From: Schmidtea polychroa
Taxonomy: Eukaryota
Assembly: GCA_044892525.1 (NCBI GenBank)
Contig: CM097888.1
Location: 31,434,001-31,498,000, forward strand
Length of the DNA: 64,000 nt
Direction of reading: 5' to 3'
A program made the position numbers and the translations under genes. Shown here piece after piece: positions 1 to 10,887 of the stretch. Within the stretch, counting starts at the first letter, position 1, and the number at the start of each line of letters is the position of its first letter. The notes below the pieces were generated by a model. That model was not told the DNA's origin, made no database searches, and saw only the letters and a program-made list of their open reading frames with translations.

Positions 1-841
1 ATTTAAATTCTTTATTGACGACGTGGACATGGAAAAGTCCTAATTCGTTCTCTAATTTTAATAATGAATTAAATAATACAAATCTGTAATTGAAATTTTA
101 AAGAAAAATCAGTAAAAAACTAGCAAAATTTTAACACTATAATATTTACTTAAAAATTTAATTGAATAATTATATTACATTAAAATTTTAATCAACTTAC
201 TTTGAACACGAAAATTTAATAATAATATAAATTTAAGCGTTCAACTTAAAAGTGCTCTATTTGCATTGAAAAGAAAAATGATTTTGTTGATGCATTAAAA
301 GAATTATAATAATTTTGAAATAAAAAAGAAGGTTCATTAAAATGAGGTTATTATATTAAAAAATAAATATGATATTTTAGTTAAATATCTTTTAATTTTT
401 ACTTGTGATCATTTTCAACTATTCATGTTAAGCGTATTTTTACATTTTTTAATTTAGATTTTAATTTCTGTAAAAAAACAAATATTCTATTTAAATATTT
501 TTAAATTCTATTTATATGTTATGTAAGTCATAAAAACATTATTTTAATCCACATTACACACCATACGTTATTACGTAATCTAATTTACGATTATAAATAA
601 TAGTATTTGCTCTTTGTATAGCATAAAAATCTTTGTGATTAAATATGGCGCTTATGTGTAGAACCGGTTGTACACTATTTTGAAACTGGTTTTTCATATA
701 AGAGTTCAAATAACATCACATAAATCATCAAAGATCGTAATTTATTTTTTATCAATAAATTTTACATTTAGAGTACAAATTGGTACACATTACACCAGTG
801 TTTCCCACGGTGGGCGAAACGTTTTCAATCAAAAATAATTA

Positions 842-1006
842 TTATTTAATTAAGTTTTCATTTAGAATTCCATTTACAGTTGAACACGATGTTATTGGAA
901 GCTGTCTTTTCGGACACCTTTGATGCAAATATGAAGACTGCATTCTAAAAGTATTTGGAGTATAATTGAATTTTCTGAATAGCCATCGTCGAATTTCTGA
1001 ATGTAC
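842..1006 (-). CDS. Class B1 GPCR last coding exon: helix 8 and C-tail
   Basis: Translates as VHSEIRRWLFRKFNYTPNTFRMQSSYLHQRCPKRQLPITSCSTVNGILNENLIK*, matching the VxxEIxRxW helix 8. Acceptor tttaag, phase 0. A further downstream exon via the gtaaat at about 877 cannot be excluded. Confidence 0.88.
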   Translation of the reverse strand, partial: VHSEIRRWLFRKFNYTPNTFRMQSSYLHQRCPKRQLPITSCSTVNGILNENLIK

Positions 1007-1815
1007 CTTAAATAAGAATTATTTTTTTGCTATTTTTATATATAAAGTAAGCATGATAATAATTATTTTAATTTCAAAATTTAAAATGTCGGTTCAGAAA
1101 TGAAGAGAGTTTCGGTATAAAATTTTTAAAAATGTTCTTATTTTGAGCAATTATTTGTAAAGAAATTGACATATGATAATCTGAACAGAAAAGAAATGAA
1201 ATAGTTATATGTTTAATTTTTTTGACAAATATAAATTATGCATATTTTAAATTTGGTTTCATGATCTTCAGCTACTTAAGAAATCATATTGGAGAAGTAT
1301 GTTTCAAAGACATTTTTAACCAGTGTGGACACAAAAATTTATAAAACATCAATTATTTATTTTAATAATAGCAAACATGTTATCAAATTCAAATATTTTG
1401 TAAAATTTATGATACATTTTACCTTTTTAAAACTATTACTCAAAATATTCAAACTTTTATTTCAGTCATTTTTTCAATGACCTACCAACTTATTTACTTT
1501 GTGAAGAAACTTTGATCACAAAATTGCAAGCAACTGATAAACACGATTATAATTATAGGTTTATTAGTAATTACATAATTATATTTGTGGAATCCAATAA
1601 AATTAATTTAAAAGAAACATGTCGTCAATACATTTGGAATGTTTATTATTTGGGTTAAATGATTTTATCATTAATAACTCAATAATAATAATAAATATCA
1701 TTAATACGTTCCCAATAGTTTTTGAAACCCTTAGATAATATTTAAATTGAATGAATATTTTAACTTACAACTTATTATTGGAATTACTGAAAATACTTAC
1801 TCATTTGAATTGAAT

Positions 1816-4187
1816 CAAGGTTTCGAAACTTGTATATTTTTGGTTCGGGTTCAATACATTAAAATTTAGTAGGTTCGGTTCGGGTTCAATTTTTTTCTCA
1901 GAACAAAATAATTTTTTAAAAGTAAATAAAAATGTTGTTATAAAATGTTTTTTTTATTTATTTGATAAAAAATTTCATTCAAACGTACATTTTTTAAACA
2001 TTCTGCAGAGAGATGAATTCTTTGTGGAGCTAAAACAAATTTCAGTGCAGACTCTCAGCACTGACTTGAGTTGCCAGAACAGCTAATATAACCTGAGCAG
2101 CTTTAAACAATAGAGGTTTTTGAATTTCTTTGTTCCCAGAATTCTAAAATTTCTTTTTCTTTAGAAATTCTAAGATAGGCTTCATAAACTTCAAATTCAT
2201 TTTTAATTGCAATATGAACAGTGGATTTGTTAATATTATTAATGATGTGTATTTTTATTGCTCTTTAGCAGTTCTTCTAGCATGTCTGGTTCTTCATCTT
2301 CGGAACTAGACATTAAATTTGTGATGTTAACATTTCCAGTTGTGCTTTCTCTAATACTTTGTGATCCCGTTTCTGATTCCTTATGTAAGTGTTTTAATTT
2401 TTACACGGTTGCTAAAATTTTGTTCTTAGCGTTGGCAATGTTTTCATCATTTAATAGCAGTCTAAATTTAGGATCTTAATACATGGCAGCATTTAAAAAG
2501 TTCATTATAAATAAACAATTTTTCACGTCTAGGAACATTTGCTTACAGATCGGAACCTAAATTTTTATGTTTTTGCAAATCAAACTTAAATTTCAACCAT
2601 AGGACATAAAGATCTCCTAAATTCATTTGTTCATTTTGCAACTTTAATGTTATATTTTTATCGGGCTCGAAAATCTCAACGAAATCTGAAATAAATTCCC
2701 ACATTTGGTCACCCATAATAAGTTCAGCATCTATGACATCTGAGAAGGTTTTGTAATCTAATAAGCGTTGGAACATATCGAAAGTGGAATTCCACCGAGT
2801 TAGACAATCAAGCATAGCCTTCTTTAAGCTTAATCTTTTGGCCAAAGAAGATTTATTAGGCGCCCTTAGCTTCTTAGAAAAATCTCTGGATTTAGTAATA
2901 TTATGATTAACTGCAGATATTGTGTCGTAAACTGTCAACTGGAGAGTATGAGCTATGTACCTAAAGTGAATGATATTAGAATATAAACTAGAAAAGAGTT
3001 ATAATCCTTCTTTGTTTATACATAAAAATTCATCTTCCACTTCTTCAAGGTCAGAAACTTCAAATTCATTTCTTAAGAGTTCAGTTGCTTTAATCATATT
3101 TCTACCAATATCAGATTTTATTCCATAAGATTCGACCACTTCGACTATTACATTTTTAATGTAATTTGCTGTTTGCCGGTCATTAACTTCATACATTGTC
3201 AATGTTCTCAAATTAATTTTTCCATTGCTAATATACTAATATCAATTACGCTTCTACCAAGCCGGGATGCTGAGTCGATTTTTATGGATATTAATTTTCT
3301 TTCAATCTCGGTTTTAATTAAATTTTTTACTTCATCGGCTTTATTATTTACCAGATCTTTGATGTTTTCTGAATTTACAGTCAATTTGAGTGTCTTTATT
3401 ATAGTTACTATAATACCGCACATCCCAGAATCATTGAAAATTGTAAACTGTCGTCCATTAACTGTATCTAATTTAACGCAGGCATCAATGAAACATTTTG
3501 ATGGCATATTAATTTTGATTAAATTACAATAATTTTCAATGGAAACTAAGTTTTCATCTTCCATTTTAAGTTTTTTAATGGTTTCAGGTGTAGATGGTTG
3601 ACTATTCATCCTTACAATAATAGTTCGATGTTCATTAGGATGTTTTCGTTTGATATGGCGACCTAGATTTGCAGCATGCTTACCTTTTATAACAAAAGAC
3701 CACTTGCTACATGTAGACTGATCTTTGATAAAATTATATTTAAAAAAATTCTTTACTGGATTTCCCGACATCTACAGGGTAAAACAAATTTAAATTAAGC
3801 TAGTTTAAAAAAAATATTAACTGAATAAAAATAGTGTTAAGTTGTACTTAACATAAATGTTTCTATTATAAATCGCGCACAGCGGTACAATTAATTACCA
3901 TACGCCCTACAATAGTTTATAATTTATGTATAAATAAATTATTTATAGTTTTTAATTTATGTAATTTATAATTTATTATTTATTTATTACAAAGAACTTC
4001 TACAAAATTTTACAAATACCATTCACATAAATAGTTATGAATGACTTATTTATATTATAATTTTATAAAGTTATGAGTATGACAAATCCTTAATAACAAT
4101 TTTACACAATCTCTATTTATTATCTATATAGATAATAATGGCTATAAAAAATTGAACCTGAACCGAATTTTTGGGTTCGAAACCCTG
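1816..4187 (-). mobile_element. Full-length but inactivated hAT DNA transposon in the last GPCR intron
   Basis: TIRs CAAGGTTTCGAA (1816-1827) and TTCGAAACCCTG (4176-4187) match at 11/12. Perfect 8-bp TSD AATTGAAT at 1808-1815 and 4188-4195. Inverted subterminal motif TTCGGTTC(G/A)GGTTCAATTTTT at 1874-1894 and 4147-4167. Confidence 0.95.
2040..3771 (-). pseudogene. hAT transposase pseudogene (BED zinc finger, TRWNST, C-terminal dimerisation domain)
   Basis: The BED-like CSKW...NLGRHIKRKHP has its second Cys changed to Trp. LTRWNSTFDM is in ORF 2543-2938 and ILAVLATQVSAES is near 2050-2100. The coding region is broken by several stops and frameshifts. Confidence 0.92.
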
Positions 4188-4682
4188 AATTGAATACATC
4201 AACTCCAGGTTTGCACAAAATTTCCTAATTCATGAAAAACGCAAGCCCATTGACGATTTCACGGATTCCTCAATGTGCTATATCCATTAACTGTCAAAGT
4301 GATAGTTGAATAAGAAATTATTCTTTTGGTATTTTAATACATTTTAATATATTTTATTTTATATGTTCCGATATATAAAATACAATGTATTTTAACAATA
4401 TTTCTCTTGAAATACAAAGCAAATAAATATATTAAAAAAATACAGTGGAAATCATGATATGTAAAGAGCAGAATTTTTCGATTATTGGGGCCTTTTCTGG
4501 TTACATTTATATCAATTTTGCATAAAATAATAAATGCAGAATAATGGCAGTCAGTTTATTGTTTTAAAAATGTTCTATTTTACAAAAACGGACAAATGTG
4601 TCTATTATATTATGAATGTGTATATATTATGAAACAATAACTACAAAACTATATAATAAATACTTCATATGAAATGGCTTAC

Positions 4683-4724
4683 TTCACGGTGAATAAAACA
4701 AAATAAAATGCTGACGAGGAGACC
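4683..4724 (-). CDS. Class B1 GPCR exon: TM7 (42-bp exon)
   Basis: Translates as GLLVSILFCFIHRE. A 14-codon TM7 exon is characteristic of secretin-family receptors. Acceptor ttttag, donor gtaagc. Confidence 0.93.
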
Positions 4725-4772
4725 CTAAAATGAAAAGATATAGAATAATATACATAGAAAATTGTAACCAAC

Positions 4773-4944
4773 TTGACAAGAACTAATCAAATGCTCACAG
4801 TATAATTTCATTACTTCCAAAGTGTTAATATATCTAATATATCTATTTGTAGTGACCACAGAAGTTACAATGTCTATTGGAATGAAAACTAAATTGTACA
4901 CTCCAAATACTATTACCAAAACACTTATTGAATGTGCAATTCTT
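4773..4944 (-). CDS. Class B1 GPCR exon: TM6-ECL3-TM7 start
   Basis: Translates as RIAHSISVLVIVFGVYNLVFIPIDIVTSVVTTNRYIRYINTLEVMKLYCEHLISSCQ. Acceptor tttcag, donor gttggt; phase 2 to 0; followed by a 48-bp intron. Confidence 0.9.
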
Positions 4945-7716
4945 CTGAAACAAGACGAACAATGCAATAAATATTTTTCAAAATATAAAAATATAAATAT
5001 GATTTTATAAATATTTTACATTTCAATTAATACTTAAATATATCTTTCAATATTTTATTTTATATTTAATACTAATTATTGACCGGCAGTCTAAAAATAA
5101 GAAATGAAGATAGTGAAAATTGACTAAAGATAAATAATGAAGAATATAAAAGATTAGTTTGCCATAAATAATTGAAATGAATTTTTAAAAATATAAAAAT
5201 AATTAATTAAATACAATGGATAAAATGGTTGTTCGTTATTATTTATATGAAATCTTGCTTTGTCGAAATACGAAGACTTTCTATTATAACTTGTAAACCT
5301 TAAAAATAAAAGTTTAAAGAAATAAAAGCTTTGAAAGAAATAATATTTACTATATGAAATTCAAAAGAAAAAAACAAAAAAATTAAATTTAGAACAGGTT
5401 GTTATATTACTGTGTTATTAAATGATTTGTCTAAAACAGAAATTAATTACTATTTTTTTTGAATGTTTGATAATTATTTTTAAATTAAAAATTTGCAAAT
5501 TTTGTGCATTTATTTATTGTGTATGCGTTTTTTTAAAATAAAATCACAAAATAATTATTATTTAAATTAATATTTAATCGTATTCATAAAAACGTTCATC
5601 TATATTTTTATTATTATGTTATTATTATAAAAATAAAATTATTTTCGTTGCCATTCATTAAAGTAATTGCCTTATCTTGTCTGTAAGGCTCTAACTTGGC
5701 AAACATACATTAGATAAAATGTAAATCCTTTCCTCCAGGAAATCGCTTTGTTTGAATTATTGGGTAAATTTGTAAAATTTATTAAATTTTTATTATATCA
5801 GCCATGAAATTTATTAGATATAATTAAATTAATTAATAAATGAAAGAATTAAAAAGGAATTGAAAACGTTAAGAGAATAATTTTTTTCCATAATAATTTG
5901 ATGTTATTTTTTCAGTGAAGAGTTAGCATAAATATCATTGCAACAATGTTGTTAATAATAATTGTATAATATAAGAGTTTGAAAATGTAATGATCCCAAA
6001 TTAATAGTATTGACAAAGCCGGATAGAAAATAAGAGAATTGCGCCATTCACTTCGGACGAAAGATGTAAAGGAGGGTGTAAACGAGCAATAATTAGAACA
6101 ATTTATAAAAGATACAAAAGTTATATGAACTTCTGTACTAATGCTAAAGTTTAACTATTTTGACCGGAACTTAAAAGAAACTACCATGAAATTAAAGAAT
6201 TATTATCTGCTTCTGCAGAAGACGGCGAATATATGATAATGGATCTTAAAATTTACTAACATAAGTTCAAATATTTTTATATAGAAAACAAAATGACAAT
6301 TTCTCACATTGTTTCTTGTTTATGACATTTTGAAATCTCTTGATATACCCCATTAATTTACCATCGGCAGTGAATCTTTGTAATAACATAGCATTAATCG
6401 TATTAAAATATGAGGTATACAGTTTTCAGGCCATTTAAACTCAATAAAAGCATTTATTTCCTATGAAATATGAAAGGATATTTTATCCGTAACAATTATT
6501 ACATTTTCTATTTATAAGAATTCAAAGCAACCTACACTGACTTTATATTACTTCTTGTCAAACATATATTGGTTGCAGTTAGTAAAGAAGAGGTTAAGAT
6601 TTCCTCACAAAGAAAAGAAGATTATTATTCATATTAATCTGAATTCACTCCTAATAAAGTAAAGGAACAAATGGCCAAATTTAACAATCATATAAAATTT
6701 GAGTCTTCATTAATTACAAAATAATATCCTCAAACTCTAGGTATTCCAAGAATCAATCATTGTTTCTGTAATAGTAGCTATTGAGTTCTGCGTTCTTTTT
6801 TTATTTTATTAAATATATTATTAAAAACCGACAGTAATCTGATCAAACTTCTTGTAAATTTCTCCAATCAGCTGTTATTATTCTTAGTTGAATAAACTTT
6901 TAGTATTTATAACATTAATATATAACATTAATATACAAATACTTATTAAATTCAAAACAATTCAATTTGCTTGCAAAATTCAGACAAATTTCAACGAATA
7001 TTAATGTCAGCATAAGGAATTTCAATACCACATCAATCCACAACAGATATTTATTTAATCATTTATTTAATTGTTATTTAATTGTTATTTATTTATTATT
7101 TATTTAAATAATTAATTTAATTACATTTTCAAGGTTATTGTTTTTTCTAAATATTGCTTGCTTGTAGAATCGTTGTCAATATGAGATAACTCAATAATAA
7201 TATCAATCAATTAAATTAGAATGATTTAAACAAATTTATATGAATTACAACTATTAACCAACTCCCTAATAATATGTATAAATCTATTGCGAATTCATTA
7301 TGGTCGGTTTTTAAGCTTTAAGAAATTCTTTCATTTCAAACTATTTTATTGAGCTTGTTTTAAATTATAATTCAGGATATTTGAAGCAGCGCTGAATTAT
7401 CATTAAAACAAAATTTAATTTTTCAAATATTTCAATAAATTTGATTCAAATTGATTAAAATATTTCAATTAAAGAATTCTAATGAATGAAGAGGTTTCAT
7501 TAGCAGTAATTAAATTTCCCATTGAGAATTCTTCACTATAATTGACAAGTTAACTGAAAATTAATTTCTCAATTTTTAATATGTCACCAGTCTGCTAAAA
7601 CCGATTGTTTGGATCAAATAAAATGACTGCAATTTCTGTTTTAAAATACTAAAAATCCAAATATAAATCCTCGCTTGAAGAAAATTTCAAAAATATTCAC
7701 TGAAAATGAGAACGTA

Positions 7717-7908
7717 NNNNNNNNNNNNNNNNNNNNNNNNNNNNNNNNNNNNNNNNNNNNNNNNNNNNNNNNNNNNNNNNNNNNNNNNNNNNNNNNNNNN
7801 NNNNNNNNNNNNNNNNNNNNNNNNNNNNNNNNNNNNNNNNNNNNNNNNNNNNNNNNNNNNNNNNNNNNNNNNNNNNNNNNNNNNNNNNNNNNNNNNNNNN
7901 NNNNNNNN
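7717..7908. other. Assembly gap (others at 11017-11205, 34442-34604, 49279-49457, 58569-58819)
   Basis: Runs of N. ORFs spanning them are artefacts. Confidence 0.99.
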
Positions 7909-8731
7909 TATTTTAAATCAAATTAGTGAAAACTAATTATTCGAGAATACAGATATAAAAAAGTATTGATTTAAAAATATAGATAAAATTAGTGAAATAA
8001 AAAAGTATGAAATTTTCGAGGATATAATTAAAGTCAAATTTATTTAAAGAAAAAGCAAAATTTGAGAGATAAGTAGAACTGAAATTCTCAATAACCAAAA
8101 AATATAGAAAAATATTTGATAAAATAAATAGATACAAACAAGATTTGTTAATTTAAAAATCATACATCCATATTTTACTCATACAGCCTTTATTATGTTC
8201 ACTAACATTGTTCACAAACATCCCTTCGATCAACAATGTTCAAGTACTCGAGTACAAAGATGACGAAAGTGATTTTTAATGTATTTGGTGTTGTATTGAA
8301 TACATGTAAACCAAAACAAGCTTCACGAGAATTTCCTGAACTTTCAATATAAAGTGAAAAGAAATCATTCCACGAAAAGTGACCATTCTTTCAATTAAAC
8401 AAATTCGTACAAAAATAACCAGAGGAAAAACATTGCTAATAAAGCGCGTTTTATCATTACATTTCATGATAATAAAAGTTGTTATTTAAATTAACCGTTC
8501 TTTTTATATTATATCCATCGCACTACATACAAGCACCCCCGATTGTTCCACCACATATTTTTATAGGTGACTCTATCGGGTTCTAATACTCTTCTTATTA
8601 TACATACACAACATATACATATATATTTAGTTATAATTGGTTATAATTTGATAACAACCTATAACAAACGGTATTTTATCTAATTGTTTAAATTTTCATA
8701 TAGAAAATGTATTATTATTTATATTTATTAC

Positions 8732-8833
8732 ATAAAATTTTGAGACAAAATCTATTTGACAAGAATCAGCGTCTGATAATCGCAAATTTTTCAAAGTTTT
8801 TGCCACTGTCATGTGCATGAAAATAATCAAAAT
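8732..8833 (-). CDS. Candidate GPCR TM5b/ICL3 exon (unresolved)
   Basis: After a ccag acceptor it reads ILIIFMHMTVAKTLKNLRLSDADSCQIDFVSKFY, with LR at the same spacing as VNFxxFxxIxxxLxxKLR. The only good donor (gtaata) is phase 0, while the next exon needs phase 2. The real exon could instead lie in the N gap at 7717-7908. Confidence 0.35.
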
Positions 8834-8956
8834 CTGGCGGAAAATGAACTATTTCTAACTAAAAAGTTATCCCTAGAGAAAACCATTCAGATTATGTTTG
8901 GCAAAGAAGAGATATAAATTTCGATAAATCATAAGCAATTTACTTTTCCTTATTAA

Positions 8957-9030
<74 letters not shown>
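8957..9030. repeat. (ATT)n microsatellite
   Basis: About 24 uninterrupted trinucleotide units, in a GPCR intron. Confidence 0.97.
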
Positions 9031-9032
<2 letters not shown>

Positions 9033-9219
9033 AAAATAATATAATTATTGAAAAATTTATAATAACCTTCTAAACGTTACTTCATGCATTGGCTGGGCAA
9101 TCATTTTGGAATAAATTGATCTCATTAAATTGAGGAATAAAAGAACATTGCCCTGATTTAAATAAAATTTATTTAAATAATTTTATTATTTAATTATATA
9201 AAATTTATAATAAAATTAC

Positions 9220-9356
9220 CAGAGTTAAAGCAATTGTATACGTTTGAATGACCCAGAAATCTCGCTTGTAAGGGTCATCGTGAGTATCCCAACAAAATAA
9301 ATTATCAAATTCTATTCTAACAATTACCCAAATGATTGTAATAATTGCTGGTAATA
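9220..9356 (-). CDS. Class B1 GPCR exon: TM4-ECL2-TM5 start
   Basis: Translates as (V)LPAIITIIWVIVRIEFDNLFCWDTHDDPYKRDFWVIQTYTIALTL, with the ECL2 CW motif. Acceptor taaag, donor gtaatt; phase 1 to 0. Confidence 0.93.
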
Positions 9357-9409
9357 CTTTAATAAAATATTGAACATTAATTAAAACAAATATAACAAAA
9401 AACAATTAC

Positions 9410-9569
9410 CCCAAGCTGTTATTATATAATACCATAATCGATGGCCGGAAACAGTAAAGGTGTGATAAAACAAAATATTATGCAAATACGCAGCTTCTAC
9501 AAATACGCACGTATTATTAGCAATTATTGCATAATTCTGAGCTGTTTTAATGACTCGACAAATAATTAA
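9410..9569 (-). CDS. Class B1 GPCR exon: TM3-ICL2-TM4 start
   Basis: Translates as LIICRVIKTAQNYAIIANNTCVFVEAAYLHNILFYHTFTVSGHRLWYYIITAW, aligning to C...ANxxxxxVExxYLH. Acceptor tttag, donor gtaatt; phase 0 to 1; followed by a 53-bp intron. Confidence 0.92.
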
Positions 9570-10377
9570 CTAAATAAAAAATAAATAAAATCTATCAATT
9601 ATTCATTTAATTCCATAGATAAAATGTCAAATAAATTTATTAAATAAAAATATATTTGATTTAATTTTTATTTTTAAAAATTATCAAACAAAACATTTTC
9701 AATAATTGTTTAAAATTTTATTTTACTTTCTTTAATTTTAACAGCTTGAAGAATTTGGAAATAAAGAAAGATATTCTGTCAACAACTCGGGATAATAATT
9801 CATATTTATTGGAAACTCGTGTTTGTGAATAACATCCAAATGTCAATTTTATCCTTGCCAATAATAAGGGAAATAACTCCTATTTTAGAAATTTCTAATT
9901 TATTTGCGATTTTTTTTTATTTTAATCTAATGTTAATCGTTGTCAATTCCAATAACATTGCAATTATTTATTTTTAAACTGATAAAAATTTATTCTAAAT
10001 TATTATTTATTTTAATGCTTTACTAAATAAAATTTAAATAAAATGTGAAAAAGTTATGTTAAATATGGAACATGTTTTATCTAAAGATCTATTGAACCTA
10101 AAAATTATGACATTCATCGTTGGAATTATATTGAAGTAGTAAACCTCCTAAACTGTTGTAAAACATTGCATCGAAAATTTTTAATACATCATTTAATATC
10201 TACTCGTTTTCTAATACCATATTTCATTCAACATCACTCATAACTTCATGTATTAATTCACTTGAAGCAACATTTTTTACATCTCCATTTGAAATGACAA
10301 CGGACTCGGAGTTTCCAGCAATTTTATTAATAATGTTTTTGGAGATATAATTATATTTATTATTGTATTATAAGACA

Positions 10378-10495
10378 TTTTTTCAAATTTCACTACTGAT
10401 TTCTTTTCAATTGACATTGTATTTATTAAAAAGCTTGAATATGAATATCGATGTTTTTTGATATTCACAGATTTTCGACACTGTCGTTTTCAAAT
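10378..10495 (+). repeat. Diverged copy of the modular dispersed repeat family
   Basis: Contains tttcaaatttcactactgatttcttttc and atcgatgttttttgatattcacagattttcgacactgtcgttttcaa, similar to the copies at 29.9, 55.7 and 57.8 kb. Confidence 0.8.
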
Positions 10496-10769
10496 GGATT
10501 TGATCAAATTACTAATATTTTTTTATAATTACCAATTACTAGTAAACTGAATCACACTAAATTTATATTTGATAGAAGAACAGCTCAATTTATTGAATCT
10601 TGCCAGTTCCATGCAATTAAGTCAACCTTTCTGTCAACCTATTAGATGCAATTAATGAACGCATTTATAAACTTTATTTTACAAGTGAAAAAAAATTTAT
10701 AGGACCTCACTAAGGTAGTTTAAGGAAAAGTTAATTGAATATATTTCCTTTATTTATAAATAAACTTAC

Positions 10770-10887
10770 GTTGTAGGATCGTTCACTCTTTTCATAACTG
10801 TTTAAAGTCAAATAATATAGAATTGCTCTCAAAAGAAAACTGACAAACAAACTGACATGCATTTTATTTCTTTCACAATTAAGCCGG
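10770..10887 (-). CDS. Class B1 GPCR exon: ICL1-TM2-ECL1
   Basis: Translates as RLNCERNKMHVSLFVSFLLRAILYYLTLNSYEKSERSYN, matching LxCxRNxxHxxLFxSFxLRA (closest in pattern to PTH-receptor-like members). Acceptor tttcag, donor gtaagt; phase 2 to 0. Confidence 0.93.

Noticed and set aside
796-820. CAGTGTTTCCCACGGTGGGCG, similar to a Charlie/Buster hAT left end
   Set aside because: Single end with no partner TIR or TSD found; too short to call.
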